The notes under the pieces were generated by a model, which saw nothing but the letters and a program-made list of their open reading frames with translations, ran no database searches and was not told where the DNA came from. From an uncultured Alphaproteobacteria bacterium (GTDB taxonomy: Bacteria; Pseudomonadota; Alphaproteobacteria; Rhizobiales; Xanthobacteraceae), in the NCBI GenBank assembly GCA_963756245.1, contig CAVWOI010000025.1, positions 6,245 to 70,244 on the forward strand: 64,000 bases of DNA, given 5' to 3'. Made by a program: the position numbers and the translations under genes. Shown here in pieces: positions 28,601 through 37,534 of this stretch; position 1 is the first letter of the stretch; the number at the start of each line of letters is the position of its first letter.

Positions 28601-30025
28601 ATGACGCAAGAGCTTAAGCAAGAGCTTAAACCGGACATCTGCGTCATCGGCGCCGGCGCCGCCGGCCGTGCCGCGGCGTCTGCGGCCGCCGCCTTCGGCG
28701 TGCCGGTGGTGCTGATCGAGAAAGGCACTCCGGGTAGCGGCGGCGGCGTGACGGCGGCGGCGCTCGCCGCAACCGCCGAGCGCGCCCATATCATCCGCAA
28801 TGCCGCCCATTTCGGCCTCAAGGCGGCGCGCTTCGGCGTCGATTTCGCCGCCGTGAAGGCGCATCTGCGCGACGTCGCCAAGAGCGCCGCGCCGATTGAA
28901 GCGCGCGAGCGCTTGGCCGGCCTCGGCGTGCGTATCGTCGACGGCACGGCGCGGTTCTTGGATGCGCGCACCGTCGCCGCCGGCGACGTCACCATCGCGG
29001 CGCGCCGCTTCGTCGTCGCCACCGGCTCGTCGCCGGCGCTGCCGGCGATCCCCGGCTTGGCCGACACGCCGCATCTCACCAGCGACACCGTGTTCGATCT
29101 CGCCGACTGCCCGCGCCATCTCATCGTCATCGGCGCCGGCTCTGTCGGCCTCGAACTGGCGCAAATTTTTCGGCGGCTCGGCGCCGAGGTCACCGTTCTC
29201 GAAGCGGCGACGCCGCTTGCCAGCGACGATCCCGAATGCGCCGCCATCGTGCTCGACGCGCTCGAACGCGAAGGCATCACCTTGCGCATCGGCATCGCCA
29301 TCGCGCAGGTGCGGCGCGTGCTGGCGCGGGTCGAGATCGACATCGCGACGCCCGACGGGCCTGAGACCGTCACCGGCAGTCATATTCTGGTCGCCGCGGG
29401 GCGCCGGCCGAATGTCGAAGACCTCGATCTCGATCGAGCCGGCATCCGCTACGAGCCGCACGGCATCGATGTGGACCGCCGGCTGCGCACCACCAACAAG
29501 CGCGTCTACGCCATCGGCGATGTCACCATCGGGCCGAAATCCACCCATCTCGCCACCTATCATGCGGAACTCGTGGTGCGGCACGCGCTGTTCCGCCAGC
29601 GGGTCGGCGTCGACCCTCACACCATACCGACCGTGACCCATACCGACCCGGAACTCGCCCAGGTCGGCTTCCTGGAGGACGAGGCTCGGGCGCAAGCCGG
29701 CGTCATCCGCGTGCTGCGCGCGCCCTATCGCGAGAACGACCGGGCGCTGGCCACGGAAGCGACCAATGGCCACATCAAGGTCATCACCGACCGCAGGGGA
29801 GACATTCTGGGCGCCACCATCGTCGGGGCCGGCGCCGGCGAAATGATCGCCGCCTGGACCTTGGCGATCACGCAAAAGCTCAATATCCGCGCCTTTGCCG
29901 GCCTGATCGTGCCCTATCCGGCCTATGGGGAGGTGGGAAAACGCGCCGCCATGACATATTTCATGCGGGGTTTGACGAGTACTCAGGTGCGTCGCATCAT
30001 AGGGTGGCTGCGCCGTCTTGGCTGA
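28601..30025 (+). CDS. pyridine nucleotide-disulfide oxidoreductase family flavoprotein lacking the redox-active Cys pair
   Basis: FAD fold [14 protein letters not shown] fold [15 protein letters not shown], dimerisation-domain string [10 protein letters not shown]. The usual GGTC..GC motif position reads [13 protein letters not shown]. Confidence 0.8.
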   Translation: MTQELKQELKPDICVIGAGAAGRAAASAAAAFGVPVVLIEKGTPGSGGGVTAAALAATAERAHIIRNAAHFGLKAARFGVDFAAVKAHLRDVAKSAAPIEARERLAGLGVRIVDGTARFLDARTVAAGDVTIAARRFVVATGSSPALPAIPGLADTPHLTSDTVFDLADCPRHLIVIGAGSVGLELAQIFRRLGAEVTVLEAATPLASDDPECAAIVLDALEREGITLRIGIAIAQVRRVLARVEIDIATPDGPETVTGSHILVAAGRRPNVEDLDLDRAGIRYEPHGIDVDRRLRTTNKRVYAIGDVTIGPKSTHLATYHAELVVRHALFRQRVGVDPHTIPTVTHTDPELAQVGFLEDEARAQAGVIRVLRAPYRENDRALATEATNGHIKVITDRRGDILGATIVGAGAGEMIAAWTLAITQKLNIRAFAGLIVPYPAYGEVGKRAAMTYFMRGLTSTQVRRIIGWLRRLG

Positions 30026-30050
30026 TGCGAGATTTGGCTGAAAGCAAGAC

Positions 30051-31556
30051 TTGTTGACGGAAAACAAGACCGCGCCGAGGCTTACGCGAATGGGTGATGA
30101 TACTGCCACCCGGCCGGGGTCGGTCCGGGTGCCACGCTTTGGGCTTTCGGGAAAGCTCCTCGTCCTCACGATCCTGTTCGTGATGATCGCGGAAGTGCTG
30201 ATCTATGTGCCGTCGGTGGCCAATTTCCGCGTCACCTGGCTCAAGGACCGGCTGCAGACCGGCTACACCGCTGCGCTGGTGCTCGACGCCGCGCCCAACG
30301 GCATGGTGCCCGACAGCCTCGCCAAGGAGATTCTCGACTCGATCGGCGCCCGCGCCGTCGCCATGAAGATGGGCGAGCGCCGCCGCATGCTGGCCATCGA
30401 CGACATGCCGCCGGCGGTCGACGATACTTTCGACATGCGCAGCGCCAGCGCGGTCGATGCCATCGTCGATGCGTTCAAGATCATGCTCAACGACCGCCCC
30501 TATGTGATGCGGGTGGTCGGCCCGGCGCCGATGGGCGGCGAATATATCGAATTGATCATGAACGAGCGGCCGCTGCGCCGCGCCATGCTGCGCTATTCGT
30601 GGGACATTCTGCTGTTGTCGCTGGTGATTTCCATCATCACCGCGACTTTGGTCTATCTGGCGCTGCATTACATGTTCGTGCGCCCGATGCGCCGCGTCAC
30701 CGGCAACATGATGGCGTTCCGCGCCGATCCGGAAAATCCCGACCGCATCATCGCGCCGTCGGCGCGCGCCGACGAGATCGGCGTCGCCGAGCGCGAGCTC
30801 GCCACCATGCAGAGCGAGCTGGCCTCGATGCTGCATCAGAAGAACCGGCTCGCAGCGCTCGGGCTCGCGGTGTCGAAGATCAATCACGATCTGCGCAACC
30901 TCTTGGCCTCGGCGCAGCTGTTTTCCGACCGGCTGGCGAACTTGCCCGATCCCACGGTGCAGCGTTTTGCGCCGAAACTGATGCGGGCGCTGGAGCGCGC
31001 CATCGCGTTCTGCCAATCGACCTTGTCCTACGGCCGCCTGCAGGAGCCGCCGCCGGAGCGCCGGCAACTTCTGCTCGAGCCGCTGGTCGAGGAGGTGCAC
31101 GAGACGCTCAATCTCGGTCCCGACGCGCCGGTGCGCTGGATCAGCGCGGTCGAGCGCGGGCTGATCGTCGAAGCCGATTACGATCAGCTGTTCCGCATCC
31201 TGCTCAACCTGGCGCGCAACGCGGTGCAGGCCATGGAGAGCCGTCCGACGCGCGACCCCGGCCGCGACCAGATCCGCATCACCGGCCGCCGCGAAGGCGC
31301 CGTGGTGGTGATCGAAGTGTCCGACACCGGGCCGGGCTTTTCCGAGAAAGCGCGCGACCATTTGTTCGAAGCCTTCCAGGGCTCGACCCGCACCGGCGGC
31401 ACCGGGCTCGGCCTGGCGATCGCCGCCGAATTGGTGCGCGCCCACGGCGGCGAGATCCGCCTGGTCGAAGGCACCATCGGCGCGACGCTCCGCCTCACCA
31501 TCCCCGACCGCGCCGTCGAATTGAGCGCACACCGCGGCGCCCGCGCCCACGGTTAA
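30051..31556 (+). CDS. sensor histidine kinase
   Basis: Two TM segments. H-box LGLAVSKINHDLRNLL. N, G1 and G2 boxes (LLNLARNAVQAM, VSDTGPGF, GGTGLGLAI). Start uncertain (TTG 30051 or ATG 30090). Confidence 0.85.
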   Translation: MLTENKTAPRLTRMGDDTATRPGSVRVPRFGLSGKLLVLTILFVMIAEVLIYVPSVANFRVTWLKDRLQTGYTAALVLDAAPNGMVPDSLAKEILDSIGARAVAMKMGERRRMLAIDDMPPAVDDTFDMRSASAVDAIVDAFKIMLNDRPYVMRVVGPAPMGGEYIELIMNERPLRRAMLRYSWDILLLSLVISIITATLVYLALHYMFVRPMRRVTGNMMAFRADPENPDRIIAPSARADEIGVAERELATMQSELASMLHQKNRLAALGLAVSKINHDLRNLLASAQLFSDRLANLPDPTVQRFAPKLMRALERAIAFCQSTLSYGRLQEPPPERRQLLLEPLVEEVHETLNLGPDAPVRWISAVERGLIVEADYDQLFRILLNLARNAVQAMESRPTRDPGRDQIRITGRREGAVVVIEVSDTGPGFSEKARDHLFEAFQGSTRTGGTGLGLAIAAELVRAHGGEIRLVEGTIGATLRLTIPDRAVELSAHRGARAHG

Positions 31557-31581
31557 GGACAACGGCTGAGGACAATCGACG

Positions 31582-31752
31582 ATGCTTGCGACGCGAATTA
31601 TCGGCTGGATCAGCTTCTTCTTTATCGTCGGATTTCTGATCTACGGATTTCGCCAGGGTTTCCGCGCCAAGGCCGAAGCCAAGAAAAATCTTGCGCCTCC
31701 GGCCAGTAGTCCGGGCGGCAATTCCGGCGGCGACAGCGGCCGTTCGTCATGA
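31582..31752 (+). CDS. candidate 56-aa membrane protein (below ORF-track cutoff)
   Basis: MLATRIIGWISFFFIVGFLIYGFRQGFRAKAEAKKNLAPPASSPGGNSGGDSGRSS: one TM helix plus a disordered tail. Lies directly after the kinase gene. Confidence 0.35.
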   Translation: MLATRIIGWISFFFIVGFLIYGFRQGFRAKAEAKKNLAPPASSPGGNSGGDSGRSS

Positions 31753-31819
31753 GCCTCGCCGGCCGGCGCCGCGGCCGCCGCTTGCCAATAAGCGGCGAAG
31801 CCTATAGCTAAAACCCGCC

Positions 31820-31896
31820 GCGCCCGTAGCTCAGCTGGATAGAGCACCAGACTACGAATCTGGGGGTCAGGAGTTCGAATCTCTTCGGGCGCGCCA
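31820..31896 (+). tRNA. tRNA-Arg (anticodon ACG)
   Basis: Acceptor gcgcccg/cgggcgc, anticodon stem ccaga/tctgg, loop ctACGaa, T-loop ttcgaat, encoded CCA. Confidence 0.9.
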
Positions 31897-31910
31897 GCAC
31901 TTAACCGTAC

Positions 31911-31944
31911 TTGTTGGGAACGTGTTGGGAATGCTTGTTGGGAG
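31911..31944 (+). promoter_or_regulatory. three direct repeats (putative integrase arm-type sites)
   Basis: ttgttggga (31911-31919), gtgttggga (31922-31930), ttgttggga (31936-31944), just inside the tRNA-proximal junction. Confidence 0.4.
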
Positions 31945-31991
31945 TTATGGTTTCCTGTTTTGTTTACGGGTAAACGGCATTCCCGCGTAGT

Positions 31992-32326
31992 CTAATCATC
32001 AACAGCTTTCTTGCGATTTGCCACGCGTGCGCGGGCGACCCGACGAGTCGTTTCGATACTCGGCGTGATGTAGTGGCGCTTCGTCGTCTGAATATTGCTG
32101 TGCTGCAAATGCTCGGACGTGTCCTCTAGCAACACGCCGGATTGCCGCGCTTCAGTAGCCCCCCGTGACGCGCTTTCATGTTCCAAACGCCCTTTGGAAC
32201 GCTGCACGCGTCGGCCAACTCGCGATATACCGCATTGTAGTGGCGCTGCTGAAACGGACTGCCGCCGTCGTCAACCGCTACTGGACCATGGCGTTCGGCT
32301 TCCGGCATGGCCGCAAGCGCGTGCAT
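31992..32326 (-). pseudogene. tyrosine recombinase (phage-type integrase) C-terminal fragment, frameshifted
   Basis: Two frames together read ..VWNMKARHGG / ATEARQSGVLLEDTSEHLQHSNIQTTKRHY.., resembling the hDLRHt..T and LGHssi.tT..Y boxes. The N-terminal two thirds are absent. Confidence 0.6.
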
Positions 32327-32427
32327 AAACAGGGGATATAAGACCTATTACTAAAGGTTGTGGAATTGGTTAGAGTGTGTTGACGCCAGCGACGGCCGCT
32401 GAGCCGTATAATAAAGGGGACGACACA

Positions 32428-32742
32428 ATGACGAAAACTAATGTCTCGATGATGGGCGCGACGCTCATGCTCGCTATGGCGGCACTCACCGGCTCCGCCG
32501 CTGCGACGAAGCAAAGCACCGTTGTTTCGGGCTGTGTTGCCCGCGGCACCGAATGCCACATCTCGGCTTCGGGAGACGGCTTGAACTATTGCTTCGATAA
32601 CTCAAATGGTACCCAGTGCGTGCATTGCCCCGGCGACCTTTTGCAAAACAACGACTGCACCATGGCGCTCACTACCCGACGCGGTGCCAAGACAATTGAA
32701 GGCATCATGAAGGCCCCCGTCGCACGCAATCTCTCCCGCTAA
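32428..32742 (+). CDS. small secreted cysteine-rich protein
   Basis: RBS aaagggga, signal peptide MTKTNVSMMGATLMLAMAALTGSAAA, mature ~78 aa with 6 Cys (C..C, C, C..C, C). Confidence 0.5.
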   Translation: MTKTNVSMMGATLMLAMAALTGSAAATKQSTVVSGCVARGTECHISASGDGLNYCFDNSNGTQCVHCPGDLLQNNDCTMALTTRRGAKTIEGIMKAPVARNLSR

Positions 32743-33048
32743 TCTCGTCTTGTTGCACGCTTCATTTGGGGCGGGTCGATTTCCATAATATCGCCAGGCG
32801 CGAAGCCGTCACCTGTGGCGGACGAGTACCGTGGCCACTTTGGGGAGTATTTCGGCCGCGCCCGCAGAGAAGTGGCGAGGCAGTTAATGACCCGGAGCGG
32901 ACGTTGAGAGTCGGCCCTCGCCGGTTCAAGCTTGGTCGGTTGTTTGAATGGGGGGTTGCCTGGCGACACTGCCACTGGTGCAGGCGCCGGCGCTAAACTA
33001 ATGTTCCAGCGGGATTGCTTGGTGAGTGTGGTCGAAAGCTTAATCTCA

Positions 33049-33699
33049 ATGTTCTATGAGCCTCGAAAGAAGAACCACGGTCTGCCGCACGATCCGTACA
33101 ATGCAATCGTCGGCCCGAGACCGATCGGCTGGATTACGTCAATTAACGCGAAGGGCGACATCAATCTCGCGCCTTATTCTTACTTCAATAGCGTTTCCAC
33201 CGATCCACCGATGGTCATGTTCGCGAGCGATGGCCGCAAAGACACGATCGACTTCGTCGAGGAAACCGGAGAATTTGTTTGCAATCTCGCAGTCTGGGAT
33301 TTGCGAGCGCATGTCAAAGACACGTCACTGACCTTTGCCCGCGGAATAAACGAAATGGAGGTCGTCGGCCTGGAGGCGACGCCCTCTGTTCTGGTCAAGC
33401 CGCCACGAGTGAAAGCTTCACCATGCGCGCTGGAATGCAAGTGGTTGCAAACGGTCCAGCTCAAAGATATCGACGGCAATCCCGCCCCACGGTTCATTGC
33501 ATTCGGTCAAGTGATTGGCATTCACATCGACGAGAGTTTCATTAAAGACGGCCTTCTCGATACCGGCGCAATGAAGCCAATCGCGCGCGCGGGTTATCAG
33601 GAATACTTCGTTACTACAGCCGACGCGCGCTTTTTTCTCAAATTTACTGAAGCGCACAAGATGCGTGCGCAATCCCATGCTAAGAAAACCGAAGAATAA
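33049..33699 (+). CDS. flavin reductase-like (FMN-binding split-barrel) protein
   Basis: IVGPRPIGWITSINAKGDINLAPYSYFN..DPPMVMFA..KDT..ETGEFVCNL is typical of the Flavin_Reduct family. Start at ATG 33049. Confidence 0.8.
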   Translation: MFYEPRKKNHGLPHDPYNAIVGPRPIGWITSINAKGDINLAPYSYFNSVSTDPPMVMFASDGRKDTIDFVEETGEFVCNLAVWDLRAHVKDTSLTFARGINEMEVVGLEATPSVLVKPPRVKASPCALECKWLQTVQLKDIDGNPAPRFIAFGQVIGIHIDESFIKDGLLDTGAMKPIARAGYQEYFVTTADARFFLKFTEAHKMRAQSHAKKTEE

Positions 33700-33861
33700 T
33701 GGATTTCGGTACGGCAGGTCGCCTATTGGTCTTTCTCGACAGCGACAGGAGAGACCCGGCGTGGGCGCTTTTGGCCCATCTCGGCCGCGCCGACAGTCTG
33801 CCTCCGCGTCTGGTATCGGGAGTCTAGCTGCCACGCTCAGTCGATGGTCGGGTGCTGGCTG

Positions 33862-33903
33862 CGAATCTGGGGGTCAGGAGTTGGAATCTCTTCGGGCGCG
33901 CCA
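33862..33903 (+). repeat. direct repeat of tRNA-Arg(ACG) 3' end (att-like)
   Basis: cgaatctgggggtcaggagttGgaatctcttcgggcgcgcca matches 31855-31896 at 41 of 42 positions. Confidence 0.9.
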
Positions 33904-34281
33904 ATCGGCATGTCCACGCCGCCAAAAGCGGGCGCGCACATAAGGTCCGATCACTTTCCGGGAAGCTCGGTCGATTGTCGCCCATGGACCGGCTTTGCAA
34001 TTCAACCATGGCGCGCCAACCGTTTGTTAACCCTACTATATTAGCTAATAGGGTCACCACGCCCACGGCTACAATCGTGAATCCGTCTGTCACCCGGCAA
34101 CTTTCCAGAGGCGATTGTTCGTCATCACCTGCAAATCGGTTGATCGTCTTTATGCGGTCGCTCGGATCGTCCTCACGCCGCACCACAGCAACGGGCGTCG
34201 CGGTCAGCTCCCTGCAACGGATAAACGGGGCCTTGGCCATCACGCGAACGGTGGCAGCCTGTTCCAGGATATCGGGCAAAA

Positions 34282-35448
34282 ATGGCTCTATTGAATAAAC
34301 TCGACATGGAGCAGCTTCCTGCATCTCGGTTTTTGACAGCGCTCGTTCTCATGCAAGTCCCAATTTTGGGGCTGATGTGTTGGCTGCTCTTGGGCAGCCC
34401 GTTTACGAACATCTTGGCTGCCGCACTCGTCGTTGTCGAGACCGCGATCGTCACCGGGACCGTCGCTACCGTCCGCAGCGTGCTCGCCCAGACGCGAATC
34501 GCACGGCAGCAAGCGAAAACCTCGGCGGCCGACCTGGTCGGGCTGACGGCAATCGCAAAAAAGCGTGAGGACGAGTTGTCCGCGAGGACGATGCATGCGC
34601 AGCAACTCAGTGATCTTGTCGCTCGCTTTGAGCGAGAGATGGGTGAGACCCTCAATATCTTGCATGCAGCGCAACGAGACTTGCGTAAGAACGTGGACAG
34701 ATTCGGCGTGGCGACCGCCCGTGCGAGCGCTCAATCCATCACTGCTGCAGTCGCCTCCGAGGAAACGATCAACACGGTGAACTCGGCGGCGAAGGCGGGT
34801 GAAGTACTTGCGCAGACGATCGCGGAAGTCGGCGCCAACACCGCGCAATGCTCTCAGCTGGCTGCCGACGCGGTGACCGAGGCCGAGTTGACGAACACGA
34901 CAATCAATGAAATGGCCGCAGTCGCCAATGAAATCGGGAAAGTGACCGATCTCATCAACGCGATCGCGGGACAGACGAATTTGTTGGCGCTGAATGCGAC
35001 CATCGAGGCCGCCCGCGCCGGCGAGGCGGGCCGGGGCTTTGCCATAGTCGCGCAAGAAGTCAAGGCCCTGGCGGGACAGACGGCAACCGCGACACAGGAC
35101 ATCGCGACGCGGATCGCTGCGATGCAAAGCGCAACCGGGCGATGCGTTAATGCGATTCAGGGGATCTCGGCAACGATTCAAAAGCTCAACGAATTTGCTG
35201 CACGAATAGCAAATACCGTAGAGGAGCAAGCTGCGTCGGCGCGCGAAATCGCGGGAAACGTTCACGCCGCCGCAAGCAGCGTCGGCCATGTGAACCAGGC
35301 AATTACTGATATCGAGGCGATCTCGGATCAGACGGCGGTAGCCGCTAACGGGCTCCACGCCACGGCGCGCGACGTATCAAATCAAACCGAGATAATACGG
35401 GAACGTGTGCGCGCTTTCGCCAAGGAAGTTCACGTCGTGCCGGCATGA
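34282..35448 (+). CDS. methyl-accepting chemotaxis protein without recognisable ligand-binding domain
   Basis: Two closely spaced N-terminal TM helices, then directly coiled coil and the MCP hairpin ([35 protein letters not shown]). Confidence 0.85.
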   Translation: MALLNKLDMEQLPASRFLTALVLMQVPILGLMCWLLLGSPFTNILAAALVVVETAIVTGTVATVRSVLAQTRIARQQAKTSAADLVGLTAIAKKREDELSARTMHAQQLSDLVARFEREMGETLNILHAAQRDLRKNVDRFGVATARASAQSITAAVASEETINTVNSAAKAGEVLAQTIAEVGANTAQCSQLAADAVTEAELTNTTINEMAAVANEIGKVTDLINAIAGQTNLLALNATIEAARAGEAGRGFAIVAQEVKALAGQTATATQDIATRIAAMQSATGRCVNAIQGISATIQKLNEFAARIANTVEEQAASAREIAGNVHAAASSVGHVNQAITDIEAISDQTAVAANGLHATARDVSNQTEIIRERVRAFAKEVHVVPA

Positions 35449-35472
35449 CGACGATTGCCAATGGAGAATGAG

Positions 35473-35916
35473 ATGACACCTGAACAAGTCAAAATCGTGC
35501 GTCTTACGTTCGCACAGGCCATGAATCGAAAGGTCGAAGTAGGCATGATTTTCTACGAACGCCTGTTTGCAATCGCCCCGGATACTAAAGCGCTTTTCAA
35601 GGGCGATATTGAAGAACAATCGCGAAAGCTGATGGACACTTTGGCAATTGCCATAAGCAACCTGCGCGATACGCCCGCGTTGGTCGGCGTACTCGAAGCG
35701 TTGGCGCACAGACATGTGGCTTATGGAGTGCGCGCGGAGCACTACGACAAGGTTGGCGAGGCTCTGCTTTGGACCTTGGAGAAGGTCTTCGGCGCGGCGT
35801 TCACGGGCGAGGTGCGCAACGCCTGGGTTACGCTCTATCGCATCGTTGCCGAAACAATGCTGAAGGCGACAGCTGGTACGACGCAAGCTCGGGAAGGACG
35901 CAGCGCGTCTGCTTAA
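35473..35916 (+). CDS. single-domain globin
   Basis: MTPEQVKIVRLTFAQA.., LFAIAPDTKALFKGD, LEALAHRHVAYGVRAEHYDKVGEALLWTLEKVFG (proximal-His F-helix/G-helix strings). ATG 35473 is 6 nt after ggag. Begins 25 nt after the MCP stop. Confidence 0.75.
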   Translation: MTPEQVKIVRLTFAQAMNRKVEVGMIFYERLFAIAPDTKALFKGDIEEQSRKLMDTLAIAISNLRDTPALVGVLEALAHRHVAYGVRAEHYDKVGEALLWTLEKVFGAAFTGEVRNAWVTLYRIVAETMLKATAGTTQAREGRSASA

Positions 35917-35919
35917 GCA

Positions 35920-36351
35920 TCAGTCGGCGACGGCTATCGAATTGAGCTCGCACCAGTCGCGCAACGCTCGCTCGGTCGCTTTCGATTCAAAATCGTGCCA
36001 ACGATCAACGGCGTGTCGTCGCCCCAGCAAGGTGCGGAATTTCGGGTAGGCGCCTCTTTTGCCGAAGATATGCCGAATCTCATCGAAGTCGTTTGGCAGA
36101 ACTTCACGCGCAAAGGCCAGCACCAGCGGCTTGCCAAGGCCGAGTTCTCTTTTATTGGGGATCGCGACGTATTTCTCATCATCCTCGATGTCATCGGGCA
36201 GCTTGTCGTTCAACTCGTCCAGGTCGGAGAATTCGGAGCGCCAATAGATCTTGCCCGTCTGCCTGCACAGAATGGCCTCGTGTTCGCCGGTTGCGCCTTC
36301 CATGCTGACGAATTCCAAGGCCTGGAATATGTCCTGAAAACTGATGCGCAT
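35920..36351 (-). CDS. hypothetical protein (acidic, 143 aa)
   Basis: Clean ORF with protein-like composition. Vaguely resembles the UPF0158 family but I cannot confirm that. Confidence 0.5.
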   Translation of the reverse strand: MRISFQDIFQALEFVSMEGATGEHEAILCRQTGKIYWRSEFSDLDELNDKLPDDIEDDEKYVAIPNKRELGLGKPLVLAFAREVLPNDFDEIRHIFGKRGAYPKFRTLLGRRHAVDRWHDFESKATERALRDWCELNSIAVAD

Positions 36352-36913
36352 TGGTCTGCCGGCCGAAGGTGACAGAGGTTGCTTCGGTCGTTTGACGGAT
36401 CTGTGAAGTTCGAGAACCGCACGACCTTATCACAACGCAATATATTCAAGCGTTGGCCAGATAGAACTGAGAAATTGCAGCGGCCGCGCGTTTTTGGCGC
36501 CGGTCCACACGCCCGGTCGCGATAATCGCGCCCCCCTGATCGGCTCGGCGCGTCGCAGATTCTTGAACACTATGGTTTCCATGGAATGGAATGTCCGGCC
36601 GGCAGCCGTGAGACGCTCATTCCTCGCCGGTAAGACAGGTAAAGCAGTAAGAAGCATTCAGGAGCGTAACAAGTCCGGCCATGGGCGAGCCGCCGGCGAT
36701 TTCCAAGACCTCATCGGAATGAGTGAAATCGAGGGCGGCTTCGTCCGCCGGATCACTGTTTGATATCAGGTCATTCATGGCACCACGCCGTTTTCGCGTC
36801 GATCAACTTGTTCTGCGCCAGGATAAAGACAGTAAGCGCGTAGACCTGCTGGTCAGTCAAGGATCGGCGTCGCCTCGTCTTGGGCGCGCAAACCGGCTCA
36901 CCCACTTGCTCAC

Positions 36914-37333
36914 TCATTTGGCTTCGGCCGCCCCCGCGACCAGAGCCGCAAGAGCCTTGGTCAAAGGTTGGACGTTCGTCGCGACGCTTTCGCCGAGATG
37001 GTGCCGCTGCGCAATCCAGCTCGGCTCATCGTAGGCCAGCCACACCTTGCCGTCGGCATCCTGGTAGACCAGCGCCTTCAACGGCAGATCGATGCCGACG
37101 AGCTGGTTCGCTTGCATCAGGGGCGTACCGCCGCGCGCATTGCCGAAGATCAGAAGCTCGGTCGGGCGCAGCGGCATGCCGACCTCGGCGGCGCCCGCGG
37201 CGTGATCGATGCGCGCGAACACGGTCAAGCCTTTGGCTTTGACCTCGGCCGCAAGGCGATCCATCGTTTCCCTTGCGCCAAGATTGCTCTGAACGATGGC
37301 GAGTCCGTCCGTGGTCATAGCGCCGTCTCCCAT
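36914..37333 (-). CDS. DUF302 domain protein
   Basis: ..RETMDRLAAEVKAKGLTVFARIDHAAGAAEVGMPLRPTELLIFGNARGGTPLMQ..IDLPLKALVYQD is the DUF302 pattern. Start at ATG 37333. Confidence 0.75.
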   Translation of the reverse strand: MGDGAMTTDGLAIVQSNLGARETMDRLAAEVKAKGLTVFARIDHAAGAAEVGMPLRPTELLIFGNARGGTPLMQANQLVGIDLPLKALVYQDADGKVWLAYDEPSWIAQRHHLGESVATNVQPLTKALAALVAGAAEAK

Positions 37334-37534
37334 GGCGAGTTGCGATCCAAGGAAGAATATCGCGGGATAGGCACCGCGAAAACGAGTACTCTGCGGCGGA
37401 GCCGTCCGTGATCGGGGGAAAATATGAGGTCCAGGCCGATGGGCTTGGAATAGCAGCAGCGCAGGACTGGCGGTGCTAGCCCGACCCAGCCGCGCGAACC
37501 GCAATTGACAGTCGAACAGCGAAGGAGAGGTTCA

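Larger units (their letters stand above)
31897..33903. mobile_element. decayed integrative islet at tRNA-Arg(ACG)
   Basis: Bounded by the tRNA 3' end and a 42-bp direct repeat of it (33862-33903, 1 mismatch). Contains arm-type repeats and an integrase remnant. GC is visibly lower than the flanks. Confidence 0.65.

Noticed and set aside
28390-29373. Upstream 330 codons of the 372-aa minus-strand ORF that ends with the L34 sequence
   Set aside because: Only the last 44 codons (from GTG 28389) are rpmH. The rest is antisense to the flavoprotein gene and has shadow composition.
30031-30053. gatttggctgaaagcaagacttg as a third copy of the 23-bp ior/AraC motif
   Set aside because: It matches only with a 3-nt gap and several mismatches, and it is oriented differently relative to its downstream gene (the sensor kinase). 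Treated as chance resemblance unless a genome-wide motif model supports it.
33824-34324. 166-aa minus-strand ORF (and the 148-aa plus-strand ORF 33852-34298) between the att repeat and the MCP gene
   Set aside because: Both cross the tRNA-derived att repeat, have no RBS or family resemblance, and occupy what is more simply the MCP promoter region.
36877-36891. tcttgggcgcgcaa as a second, distal att-like remnant of the tRNA-Arg 3' end
   Set aside because: Only about 12-13 nt resemble cttcgggcgcgcca and the similarity does not extend upstream. That is too short to distinguish from chance in GC-rich DNA.
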